A stretch of 64,000 nucleotides of DNA, taken from Eledone cirrhosa. Lineage: Eukaryota. Of the stretch, positions 1 through 13,954 are shown one piece after another. Every line of letters starts with the position of its first letter. Position 1 is the first letter of the stretch. A program made the translations under genes and the position numbers. The notes beneath the pieces were generated by a model. The model saw nothing but the letters and a program-made list of their open reading frames with translations. It was not told the origin of the DNA and ran no database searches. The stretch spans positions 128,836,001-128,900,000 of the forward strand of contig OZ024741.1 of the NCBI GenBank assembly GCA_964016885.1. Reading direction: 5' to 3'.

Positions 1-309
1 TGTTTTATGCTTGCATGCGTTATAGATACATACACACATACATACATACATAAATACACACACACACATACTTACCTACCTACATATATACACACAAACA
101 CATACTCACATACAAACATACAAACATACACACAAACACACATACACGCATGATACAGACATACATACACACTCATACATACATAAATACATACACATGC
201 ACACATACACACACACGCACACACGCATACACACACATGAATACGCACATATGAATATTTCTTCACCACCACCATGTCTACAACATCAAATTCATTGTCT
301 GTATTGCAG

Positions 310-406
310 ATATCAAGACTTGTGAATATGGAATGTGGAAGACCATAGCATGTGCCTTGCAAGTGAAACCCTGTCATGGCCAGCCAACACCCCTCTCCAT
401 CTGCCG
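310..406 (+). CDS. RECK: RECK exon ([32 protein letters not shown])
   Basis: ttgcag|AT...CCG|gtaagt; matches the RECK DIKKCQPEMWKAIACSLQIKPC segment. Confidence 0.93.
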
Positions 407-1919
407 GTAAGTAGATGCTTACACCCATCACCATTAAGCAGAGTAAGTAGAGGCCCACACACTCAACTAACACCCATCTCTATATTCCAAACCAATTTGA
501 GGCCCACACGGCCAAACTAACACACCTCTCTATCTACCAGGGCAATTAGAGGTTCACACAGCTAGCCAAGATTCCCCTATCTAGCAGAGTAAAGCCCACA
601 CAACCAACCAACACACCCCTCTCTATCTACCAGGGCAATTAGAGACCCACACAGCCATCCAACACCCTCTATATTTAACCAGGCCAAGTAAAGGCCCACA
701 ACCAACATATTTCTCTATCCACCAGAGCAAGTAAAAGCTCACATCCCTACATCAACCAGGCAAGGAGAAGTCCACACCTTTTGCCATGTCACCATCATGA
801 CCACATTACAGCATGGGCTGGGGGATGCTTCACTGGATACATTTACTTTGGCCTGTCCTCCTGGAGGTGTATGAGAAGGTGGATTGGGGCATAGTGTATA
901 TATGCTTCGGTTTGTGCTCATGGGAAGTCGGGTCTTCTGTATTACTGCATATCACCAGAGACCCTGGTCATGTGTCATCGCCTTTGAGAAGTGCAATTGG
1001 GCAAGGTCAGCTTTTATCACCTCATCCCAAGTCTTCCTGGGTCTCCCCACTCCAAGACTTCCATCGACTTTGAGCACTCTGAACTTTTTTATGCAGCTGT
1101 TATCCTTCAAACGCATCACATTTCCATACCAACGCAATCTCCTCTCATGCACACAGCAGTTGATTCCTCTTATGCCTAGCTTTTATCTCAGTTCATTTAT
1201 GCTTCGCCGTTCTCGTATATTACTATTACACATCCATCGGAGCATGCAAGCTTCATTTCTTTCTAATCTACGCAAGTCTTCTGCACACAGCACCCAGGTC
1301 TCACTACCATGCAACATAGCATTTCATATGCATGCATCATACAGTCTGCCTTTCATTCTGAGGCAAAAGCCTTTTGTAGCCAGCAGTGGTAATAGCTCCC
1401 TGAACTTCCTCCATCCCATTCTTACCCTGGTTACGGTACTTTCAGAACACCCATCTCCGCTGCTAAATCAGTCACCTAGGTAGCAGAAGCTGTCTACTGT
1501 TTTTACAGAGCCCTCCCAGAATTTGGTAGCTTGTTTCCTGTAGTCATTTGTTGTTTACTGTTCCATTGCAACTGCTACATGTAAAGCCTACATTTTTAGC
1601 TAAACTTCCTGAGATCCCACTACATCTCTTTGTGTAACCCATAGTTTCCATATGGGGCATAGGATGGAGTTTCTACCTACACCTTTCCTACATACTGGAC
1701 AAGGCCATATCCCTAAGGGGATCTGGGTTCTATTTTCTCTTCTACTTACTAGAACCTTAGTCTTAGTTAGGATGACTTTAAGACCCCTTCTTTCTAGGCC
1801 CTGCTTCCATGTTTGGAAGATCTAAAATTCCAGATCTAAAATGCTGCCAAAGAAATGGTGTATGTCACTATAGTGCCACTGTGACTCCACCAGTTGTTAA
1901 GGCTCATCCATACATACAT

Positions 1920-1975
<56 letters not shown>

Positions 1976-2029
1976 TATATATGTATATTTCGTTTTTTAA
2001 TTTGTTTTGTGTTGACCCTCCAAAAGTAT

Positions 2030-2101
<72 letters not shown>

Positions 2102-5100
2102 TAGGGTTCCATACATACATACATTTCCTATATATCTATATAGGATTTAGAGCTCCATACATACATTTCCTATATATCTATATAGGATTTAGAGCTCCAT
2201 ACATACATCCTATATACATCTATATAGGAGTTATGGCTCCATCCATATATTCTATACATATATCTTATTAACATCTCATTCTATTACTATTCCATAGAGA
2301 AGACTGTGAATACATCTTAAGGAAATGCATAAACTACAAGCAGCTACCACGAGCAAAAAACGTCTCTATTTTATGTAACCCGCTGCCATCACGCCTTGAT
2401 AACCGCCATTCTTGCATATCTATCAGAAAATATTCCAGTGAGTAATCAAGCATATTTTTCTTTATTCTTTTGTCTACTATTATTATTGGCAGTATCGGTA
2501 GACCGTCAGACACCATGCTTTGCAGCATAGGAGTTATGGCCCTTTATATTCTGAGTTCAAATTCTGCCGAGGTTAACTTTGCCTTTCATCTTTACGTGGT
2601 CAATAAAATAAAGCACCAGTAATACACTGGATAATTGCTGGCCTAGTGCCAAAAGTATAAACACTATTATTATTAGGGTATTGGGTTGACAATGTCAGTA
2701 GAGCATCAGATAATGTGCTTTGTGGCATATAATTATGTCGCTTTCCTTTCTGAGTTCAAATCCTACCAAAGTTCTGGTCCTTTATGTTCTGAGTTGAAAT
2801 TTTGCTGAGGTTAACTCTGCCTTTCATTGTTACAGGGTCGATAAAATAAGGTACCAGTAATGCATTGAGGTCAATTTAATTGACTTTCCACTCCGCTGAA
2901 ATTGTTGGCCTTGTGCCTAAATCAGAAAGTATTATCATTATTATTTTTGATACATCAAATCAATGTTTGCCAGTTTAGTTTGACTTACTAGATGTGCAAC
3001 TTATATACAAATATATACAGTATTTGTATGCATATATATGTGTGGGTGTGTGTGTGTGTGTACATGTAATTATATATATATATATATATACATATCATCA
3101 TCATGACTATTGCCATTGTTTCTTTTCTTCTTCTCCCTCCATACACATGCAAGCATGTATCTGTGTGTGTATATCATGACTCATACACTGTTCACCTTTC
3201 TGACATTTGTACATTAATCTATGTACTATACATGCACCTTTGATGAGTTGTAGTGCACCTGAGCACTGTACACAATAATTTTCATTATTATTATTTTCAT
3301 TCCCAAGGACCAAGCCAACATCGGGTAACTTCAAAGGAACTTACAAAACCATGTTCCCCAAACCCTTGCAACAAAAGTGACATTTGCTTGATAAACAGAC
3401 GGAAGTGCAAACATCCAGAAAACTGCAAACCATTCATTTGTAAACCAGGTAAATATCATTGTATATCTTATTCCCATTATTGGATTACCTTTATGTGTGT
3501 GTATGTGAGGAAGGATATGTGTGTGAGTATATGAGGAAGGATGTGTGTGTGTGTGTGTGAAAATATATGTGTGTGTTTGTGTGAAACTGCGTGGATCAGT
3601 TAGATATGGTGTATGGTCATGATTTCAATTTCTGGTGGCAGGTTGTGCCCTTGAGCAAGAAACTTTATTTCATGTTGCTTCAGGCCACTCAGCTGGCAAA
3701 AATGAGTTGTACCTGTAATTTAAAGGGCCAGACTTATAATTCACTCTGTCATGCTAAATCTCCCTGAGAACAACCATTCATTTGTAAAACAGGTAAACCT
3801 CACTGTATATCTTATTCCCAATATTTTATCACCTTTATGTGTGCATGTGTAAATATATATATGTGTGTGTGTGGTTGTTTTTGTGTGAAAGTGCATGGCT
3901 CAGTGGTTTTGGTATTTGGCTCAAGATCATAAGGTCATGATTTCAATTTCTGGTAGCCTGTTGTGTCCTTCAGCAAGAAACTTATTTCATGTTGCTTCTT
4001 CAGTGAAATGCAATGATTTGACAAATGTTAATTTAACCAAATTTTGTATATATATATTTATATATGTGTGTGTGTTTGTGGTGTGCGTGTGTTTTTGTGT
4101 GTGTGTGTGGACAATGGACGTTAAACCATGATGATATATTTATACAAAAGGACCACCTAATTTTTTTGTCATTAGCTATTTTGATGCCATATTTCTAATA
4201 AAAGACATTGTCTATAATATTCAAATAATTTTGAAAATAATCAAGAATTTGTAAGGATTTAGTCAAATAAACAAGTTTCTCATTATTAAGTTGGTGTTTG
4301 GAACATAACAAAGATGCTTATATGAGATTATGATGGAAGGTTTTAGGTAAATATAATCACTTTGAAATAAGCAGTTTTGCATCATAGAACCAGAAATGGT
4401 TTCAAGGTTAACCCTTTCATACCAAATGCCTGAAACTGACTTTAGTTCTATGATAAAAAAAATGTTTATTTAGATGTGTTTCTAAAAACCTTCATTTATA
4501 ATTTTATGTAAGAATTTTAGTTATGTTCCAAACACCAGCTTAATAATGAGAAAGTTAGTTTTATTACTAAATCCCTCCAAATCCTAGATTATTTTCAAAA
4601 TTATTTGAAAATTATAGGCAGTGTCTTTCATTAGAAATATAGTAAAGATAGGGTTAAACATTAACTATCTTTATCTCTACTACCATCGCCATTTCTTTCC
4701 CTTTCTAGCATGTTCTGTTGGAGAAGTATCACTTCTGAAAGTTCCTCGTGGATCCTATGTTCGTCTTCCTAGCAAGAATATGTCCTGTTCCAAAGTATGC
4801 CATTGCAACCATAAGAACAAGATTGACCATTGCCAACCCTTGCCCTGTATCCCTAACACCAACCTAAAGAGTAAGTATCAAGCAACAAAATATAAAAAAC
4901 AAAACCTTCATTTTTGATACATTTGTTTTGTTTTTTTTGTTTTCTCAGGTGGGTTTCAATACAATGTAAATTTCAGTTGCATCAAAAACATAACATCCTC
5001 CCTACTGTTGGTGATCTATACAATAAACACACCCAGAGGTTGCGTACAGCAAAAAGCACCCAGCCCATACTATAAAGTGGTCATGTCAGTGTCTTGACAA

Positions 5101-6262
5101 AAAGCACCCAGCCCACACTGTAAGGTGGTCATGTCAGTGTCACAACAAAAAGCACTCAGTGCACACTGTAAAGTGGTTGTGTCAGTGTCACAACAAAAAG
5201 CACCCAGCCCACACTGTAAGGTGGTCATGTCAGTGTCACAAAAAGCACTCAGTGCACACTGTAAATGAGGTTGGCATTAGGAAGGGCATCCAGTATAGAA
5301 ACGAGCGAAAATCAGTTCTGTATGAGCAACAAATGGTCACTTGACCTAGCATTGTTCACAACAGGACAACTCGTTTAACCTATGCTAACATGGAAAAATG
5401 GACATAAAATAGTGATGGTGATGATGATGATGATGATGATGACTACAGTCTGTAAAGTGACTGGTGATAAGAAGAAAATTCAGTTACAAAAATCTTGTCA
5501 AACAAAGGGTCAGAAAGAGCCCTTCAGTTATCTCAAAAACTCAACATCCTCCAAAGTGTTGGTGATCTACACAATAAACACACTCAGTACACTTTGTAAA
5601 GTGGCCAATGATGGAGAGGGAATTCATTTGTAGAAGACCTACTGAATGAAAGGATGGGAGGACTCTTCAGTTGTGTCAAGGATATGACAACTTTCCTAGT
5701 GTTGGTGAACTATACAATAAATGCATCCAATACACTCTATAAAGAGGCTGGTGATAGGAAGGGAATCCATCCATAGAAAACCTCCCAAAAAAGGTTTGAA
5801 GATGACACTTTAGCTGTGTCAAAGACATAACCTCCCAAGTACTGGTGTCACAATAAATGCATATGGTGGAGAACGGGATCATATCTAAGCAAGATATAAC
5901 CCCCTGGATATCTGAGTGGTCAGTAGCCTCTCATGAGTCCTGACTCAATCTATGAAGACCTATCTAGCCTTTGTCAACAGGAAAAATGCTGAAACATACA
6001 TCGTCGAAAGTGGTGGAGGTCCAACACATGCCATCAGTTGTGAACTTTAAACAGCATCATATTCAGAACAAAAATATCACATAGCTGTATATATTACACA
6101 ACGTCAGAGCAATATACAACAATATGGCTGTATTACAGTAAAAATACAGAATTATGTAGCCATGCAGTATCATACCACGCCACAGCAGTATAAAACATCA
6201 CAGAAATATACACCACCGCCCAATACACCACAGCTGCATAGAATAGCACTTTTTTCTTTCTC

Positions 6263-6307
<45 letters not shown>

Positions 6308-7046
6308 AAAATTAAATAATGCAAGGGAAACTACTCTTATATAAAACTGAAACAGCTTTTCAGAATGAAATTCTTTAACTCCTCCTCTATACTCTAAATG
6401 CATATTGAATACTCTCTACTTTATTCGTGGAACATTATTATTATAATATATATATATATATATATATATTGAATAAGGTTAATATATATCTGAGGGTTGA
6501 ATTTTACTTGTTCTGCTTATCTTGATATTAAGTTCTGGTATATCAAATTATTACCATAGAACCACCTTAAATCATAGACACACTATATATTTCCGGAGGT
6601 ACATTGTACCCTCAGATATATATTAACCTTATTCAATATTCTCCAGTATGTAGAGAAAAATCCTGTCGTTCTATTTAGTTGCTAAAAATCTTTTTTGGTA
6701 GCGATCATAGACGGCTAGTCTACGATTTCCCGCCTTCACTATACACCAACGTATTTATGGGTCACTTTCACGACCTTTCAGACCTGTATTAGTTGGAGTG
6801 AGGTCATATATTTTGTTGTTCCTGGGGTTTTTAACCCTAGGATAGGAAAATGCTTCTCTGATGATCTTTGCTTTTCCATTAATATCTACGTGATATCTAA
6901 TGTTTTGCAAAGTGAAACTGTACAGTTAGGGCCATTTGAATAGGTAAATATTTATATTATATTTTTTAATTTTGATTAATTTTAATTGTATATTAATTTT
7001 GATTTATTTTGAAAAATTGGTTGAATTTTACTTGTTCTGCTTATCT

Positions 7047-7103
<57 letters not shown>

Positions 7104-7165
7104 CACACACATATATATGCATATGTATGTATGTATGTATATGAGTGCGTGTATATATATATATA

Positions 7166-7218
<53 letters not shown>

Positions 7219-10200
7219 TTTACGAGGTTAGTTGAAAAGAATTGGTACAGCTACAGCCATCTCTGCAACCACTATTCACAGTAGTTAGGTAGTATCAGCA
7301 GACATTATGTAACTGGGTGCCGGACCACTTTGTTATATACCTTTTGTAGATACTCCAAATTTCCTGAATCAAGCTGATGTTATTGCCACTTGGTTTATCA
7401 TCCAAAATTGAAAAGTGTGGGTATATGTATATATATGTGTATATATATACATATATAATTACAAGTAAAAAGTGTTGGTTGATGAAATAATCGACTGAGT
7501 GTAGTGTAATCAGACGTAAGCACTCCACAGCTTGGGTACCTTAACCCTTTAGCATTTGCATTACTCTATATTTACTATTGTATTTTAGCTTTACCTCACA
7601 TAATATTGAATCTATGAGATATTGATATTATCTATTTTTAGAAACATTACCATAACCTTGTTATGGGTGACTGGTTACAGCTGGTTTGAACAGAAAGGGG
7701 TGAGGGAATTCTGGTCAGATATAGCTGTTTTAAATGTTAAAGGGTTAAGGTATTACCTATATGGTATCAAATGGAGTGTCAATATTATCATGTATACACC
7801 CTCAGTTTATTACATCCTGTTATATTGACTATTTGACCTACCAACTTGAATATAAAACATTGCAGTTATTTTATATAACTCATTAAATTGTTGTTAGGGT
7901 TATTTTATTAACTTTTTCTTTGCTCTAATTACAGTGCAAAACGTGGCCTACATGTCCCACTGTAATTTCTGTACATGTCATTCAAGCAAGACAATCTGTA
8001 CGAAGCGTCAGTGTGTGAAATCCAAAGACAAGTTACACCAAAAATACACAGGTTAGTAGTGATGACAGTTAATTCAGCTTTGTACCATACAAATATTAAT
8101 GTCCTTTTTAACTCCTGATGGGAGTTGTAAGGGAGCAGTTTTGGCACATGACATGTCTTTGGCATTTTTAACCCAACAGAGCTCATCCTTCTCTAGCTCA
8201 TATCTTTTAGAGAGAGGAAGAATCAAAGCCATTATTTGTTTATCAGCCTTGGGTGATGGATTGGCAGTATCGGTAGAGGGACGGACGCTACGCTTTGCAG
8301 CATAGATTTATGGTTCTTTACGATCTGAGTTCAAATCCTGCCGAGATTAACTTTGCCTTTCATCCTTACGAGGTCGATAAAATAAAGTACCAGTAATGCA
8401 CTAGGATAATTGCTGGCCTTGTGCCTAAAGTAGAAACAATTATCTGTTTATCAGCCTTGAAAATGTATCACTCTGTATTGATTTATGAGAAAACATCTAA
8501 AAACATGTTTGTTAATTCAAATATTTATCATGTCCATAAGTGAACTTACACTAAAGTAAAGACTTAAATGTTTAATGTGATACAATCATAGTTCTGTTTT
8601 GTACTTTTTAAGAATGTCTTGCTAATGTGGTAGTGCCTAACGGCAACTTCTTTTTCTGTCTTTAAGGATCTTCACCTTATTCTATAATGAAGGCACGTTG
8701 CCTAGTGGTAAGGGTGTTGGACTTATGATAGTTGTTCCAATATACTCAGCTGAAAATGAGTACCAGCAATAGCTGGGGGTTTAACCCAGTGATGGACTGG
8801 CGTCCTGTCCCGGGGGAAGTCTTGTACTCTCAGTCACTTCATCCCATGAAATCGGGATAAACACCAGCCTAACAAGCCTTAAATGGCTTAAGACAGACTT
8901 TAGACCCTATTTTATAAGCTATTTTTTTGCATCTCTGCACAGGAGCACACCACTTGTTATATTAATGTGTTGTATTTTATTATATTAAAATTCTGTTTTT
9001 ATTCCTTTATTCCAGGATTACCATGTAACTGCCAATCTCACTACTTCCCAGTTTGTGGAATAAATGGTAAAACGTACCCAAACAGGTGTTTAGCATTGTA
9101 AGTACTAGTGTTTTATAGTGGTGATGGTTGTGGTGGTGTTGGTGGTAGTGTTGTTCTGGTCTTTGTTGTTGTTGGTGGTGATAGAGTGGTGGTAGTGATG
9201 GTAGTTGTGGTGGTGATAGTGTGGTGTTGTTGATGGTGGTTGTGGTGGTGATAGTGTGGTGTTGTTGATGGTGGTTGTGGTGGTGAGAATGTGGTGTTGG
9301 TGGTAGTGTTGTTCTGGTCTTCATTGTTGTTGGTGTTGTTGTTGGTGGTGGTGATAATGTGGTATTGTTGATGGTGTTGTTGTTGGTGGTGATAGTGGGG
9401 TGGTGGTGGTGATAGTGTGGTGGTGGTGATGTGGTGCTGTTGTCGGTGGTAGTGATAATGTAGTGTTGTTGTTGTTGGTGATGGTGGTAGTGATAATGTA
9501 GTGTTGTTGATGGTGGATAGTGTGGTGTTGGTGGCTGTGGTGAAGTGGTGTTGTTGATGGTGGTGGTGCTAATGATTATGATGCCAACAAATCTATAGAA
9601 ATTCTGTTATACCTTCTATTCCAGGTGTGCTGGTCTAAAAGAAATCCAGTTTAGATTTGGTAACTGCACAGCAATCAATCCATGCAAAAAAGCCAATTGT
9701 GGTTCAGATGAGACGTAGGTAGTCCATTATATCTATCATAACTATTTCAACTACTATATATATTATAACTATTATAACTTATATCTATCATAACTTTTCA
9801 ACTACTATATTTATTATAACTGTTATAATTTACATTTATTATAACTATTTTAACTTATATTTATTATAACTATTATAAGGATTATATCTATTATAGCTAT
9901 CATAACTATTATAATTATTATAAGGTTCCAATCCTTAAAATAGTTATAATAGCTATGGTAATGAATCTTGGGAAGTGACCAAACGAATATGATCATGAAT
10001 ATAAGTGGCTGAAATGTGGTTCCTCTGAAAGGTCTTTGGAGTAATGTTACTTGATAGAGTGTGTAGCTCGGAGATCAGAGAGTCACTCCAGGTAGAGCTG
10101 TTACTTCTCTGAATTGAGAGATCACAGCTCCGATACTATGGCCATGTGGTTAGAATGTCTCAGGAAAGAATTGTTGAACAGATTTTGCATGCAAAACCAA

Positions 10201-13200
10201 CCGGCAGGAGACCCAGAGGTAGATCCCGAGTAAGATGGTTGGATAACACCCATGAGCTTGGCTGGTCTCGCTTGGGGATCCAGCTGAATCAGTTGGAGAT
10301 GGTTACGTCTGACAGGACCTGTTGGAAGGAGTGTTTGAAGACTCTGCCCCCACGACCCTCTCATTATAAGTATTATATCTATTATAACTATTATAATTAT
10401 TATAACTATTATATTTTTCATAACTATATCTATTGTAACTATTATGTGAAGGTTTGTGGCCTACTGGTTAAGGTCTTGGACTTATGATTATAATGTTGTG
10501 GGTTCGATTCTTGGACCAGGTGGCACATTGTGTTCTTGAGCAAGACACTTCATTTCATGTTTCTCCAGTACATTTAGCTGTAAATGAGTACCAACAGTAA
10601 CATTTCTCAATACACGCACAGACACAACGTATATATATATCATCATCATCATCATCATCAATGTTTAACGTCCATCTTCCACGCTTGCATGGGTTTGGAC
10701 GGTAATTTTCCCACTTAAGGCAAGATTGGTTGTTTTGCTCGTATAGGACTGTCTGGCGGGTTTTCTACGGCTGGATGCCCTTCCTAACACCAACCACGTT
10801 TACAGTGTGGACTGAGAGGTTTTTACCGTGTTACCTACACGGCCACATTACAGCGTGGACTGTGTGTTTTTTTGTCGTGACACCTACACGCCCTCATTTA
10901 TTTAGAACTGGATGTTGTGGTACCAACATAACTTTACATTGAAAGGGGTGGTGTGGATGGGGTGGGGGGTAGTGGGACGAGGGTGTATTTTGGTAAGAGG
11001 TGCCTACTGACTGTAGGTTTCACTTTGTACTTAAGCAAGGCGCGTCTTCTGTATTCTGCGTAGCGCCAAAGATCTCGGTCCAGTGACATTGTCTTGGAGA
11101 GGTGTAAGTGTGTGAGGTCAGAATTTATCAAATCGTCCCAGGTTTTTCTGGGTCTGCCTACTCCATGGCTACCGTCTATTTTGATCGCCCTGCACTTTTT
11201 TATACAGCTGTCGTCTTTCATGTGCATCACGTGACCATACCAACGTAGTCTTCTCTCGAGTAAACGGCATCTTGATCCCTCTTATTCCTAATTGGACATA
11301 TATATATATAAGAAAGAATTGGGACCCCAATGGCTGAGCTCTTGCCATTTCAACAGTTAGTTCCAAGCTGTTAGACCATTACTCACCAGAGTACTTGATA
11401 CTTGGGGTAGTAGAGCATGGTTATATTATGTATATATATATATATATGTGCATGTGTGTATATATTTATATATATATATATATACACACATGCTTAGTGG
11501 TTAGAGCATTGGCCTTGCAATCGAAAAGTTGTGAGTTCAATTCTCAGACCGGGTGATGTGTTGTTTCCTTGAGCAAGACACTTTATTTCACATTGCTCCA
11601 GTTTACTCAGCTGTAGAAATGAGAAGATAGGGACTGGGGTCCCTATCATTCCACTGCAAAGTGGTCGTGGAGGTGCCACAGCAAAAAAGCACCCAGCACT
11701 CACTGTAAATGAGGTTGGTGTTAGGAAGGGCATCCAGCTGTAGAAATCAAGCCAGAATCAGTTCCTGTCCCACCCTTGCAAGCAGGGAGAAACGGACATA
11801 AAATGATGATGATGATGATGATGATGCACACACACACACACATACACACACATTATATATAAATATATACATACACACAAAGCACCCCACACATTTACAT
11901 AGATTACAAAAGTATTTCTTTTACAAATTATTCCCACCAATCACTCAATCACATTTATCAAACAACCAAACCAATCCATGATTTTTCAGTCTCTTCCTCC
12001 TCCCCATTTCACAGGTGTATTCCCCGTCACCAGGTGTGTCTCAGTTTTGAAGAAAGATCCTGCCCACAATACGTCTGCAGTAAGTTCACATATTAGCAAA
12101 TATGCTTTTTCTTTAACCTGGCCATATCCTGCCAGAATTCTCTCACCTCTTTCTGTTCAAAACGGTTGTAACCAGCCACTCATACTGATGTTAAGGTATT
12201 GTTCTCAAAATAAATAATATCAAAATCTCATAGATTTGATATTGTGTGAGATAATTATGTTAGGTAAAGCCTTTAACATGAAAATACAATAGCAAATATA
12301 GAATAATGTAAATGCTAAAGGATTAACTCTTTTGATAACAAACTACCAGAAACTACTCCAGATATCAAACTATAAGTTTTTAACATGTTTCTATTTATTT
12401 AGAAACCTTCCATCCTCAGCCAAATGGAATACAATTCTAAAATACTTATTATTTTCAACCTGTGGCATTCAAAACATTTGATGTAGCCAGTGCCAGGTTT
12501 ATGACAAATGAGGCCCTGTGCTAGTTAAGTTATGGGGCCCCTTACTTGGGCCCTGAAGGAGGTATGCCCAATAAAAAGTTTCTTCGGCAGGAAGATGGGA
12601 TCCCCTGGCCAACAGAGCCCTGTGCTTAAGCACACCTGAGCACAATGGTAAATCTGGCACTGGGTATAGCTGGGCTGTTAATAATGAGGTTCTTGTCATT
12701 GTTGGTAGCTTACTTCTCAGACAAATCAAGAGATATTGCAACATTGCTTGGTTATTTCAGCATTTTAGCTTCACTATCACTCATGTGAATGCCATAAAAA
12801 ATCATTAGAGGGATACTCCAGTGAGTGTGTAGGTTTTCTCACACTTTTTTTTTTATTATTTTTTCTGTGGGTTGGCAGTATTGGCAGAGGATCAGGCAAC
12901 ATGCTTTGTGGCATATAGTTATGTCCCTTTACGTTCTGAGTTCATATACCATGAAGGTTAGTTTTGCCTTTCATCCTTACTAGGTCAATAAAATAAAGTA
13001 CCAGTAACGCACTAGAGTCAATTTAATTCCCTTCTCCAAAAATTGTTGGCCTCCTGCTAAAATCAGAAACCATTATAATTTTTCATTTTTTTATTAGTTT
13101 CTTTTGTGAATCACGTTTGTTATATAAATTATATTTATGTTGAAGAAAATATTAATATATTCATAGAACACACTCATGTTTAGAAAACTGAGCAGAATTT

Positions 13201-13918
13201 GAAAATTTAATTAGAACTTGTCGTAACTTTGACTTAAAGTAGTCTGATAATAACAGGGCATATAAACCTACTGTGATGGAGCATGGCTTAGTGGTTAGAG
13301 CATTAGGCTTGCAATTGGGAGGTTGTGAGTTCGATTCTCGGACTGGGTGATCCATGTCCTTGAGCAAGACACTTTATTTCAGGTTGCTCCAGTTTACTCA
13401 GCTGTAGAAATGAGTTATGACATCACTGGTGCCAAGCTGTATCGGCCTTTGCCTTTCCCTTGGACAACATTGGTGACATGGAGAAGGGAGACTGGTATGC
13501 ATGGGTGACTGCTGGTCTTCCACAAACAACCATGCCTGGACTTGTACCTTAGAGAGGAACTTTGTAAGTAATTTGTGACTGAAGGGGTTTTTTACCAATT
13601 ACCCCTATAAACCTACTGAATGGGAAAAGATGGTCATCAACACGTGTACTGATGACCTTTCCATTCAGTAGGTTCATATGACCCATTATTATTAGATTAT
13701 TTTACTTAGTCAAAGTTACAGTGAGATCTTCCAATTCAGTTTTCTAATCTATACATGTTTCTCTCTCTATTGCAGTATCAAAAAAAGCAGGCTGTAGTCA
13801 CAGTCATGAACATGTGTGTGATACTCTAGCTGAAGAGTTTACTAATATCTGTTTATTGAATGGCCATAGCAGGAGTATAGCATACTGGGGACACTGTCAG
13901 GTAAGACTTTCAATATCA

Positions 13919-13954
<36 letters not shown>

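Noticed and set aside
884-1483. 199-aa plus-strand ORF
   Set aside because: Antisense shadow of the RTE LINE fragment.
2487-2600. tRNA-like A and B boxes
   Set aside because: They are SINE heads attached to SINE bodies; no complete cloverleaf, so not tRNA genes.
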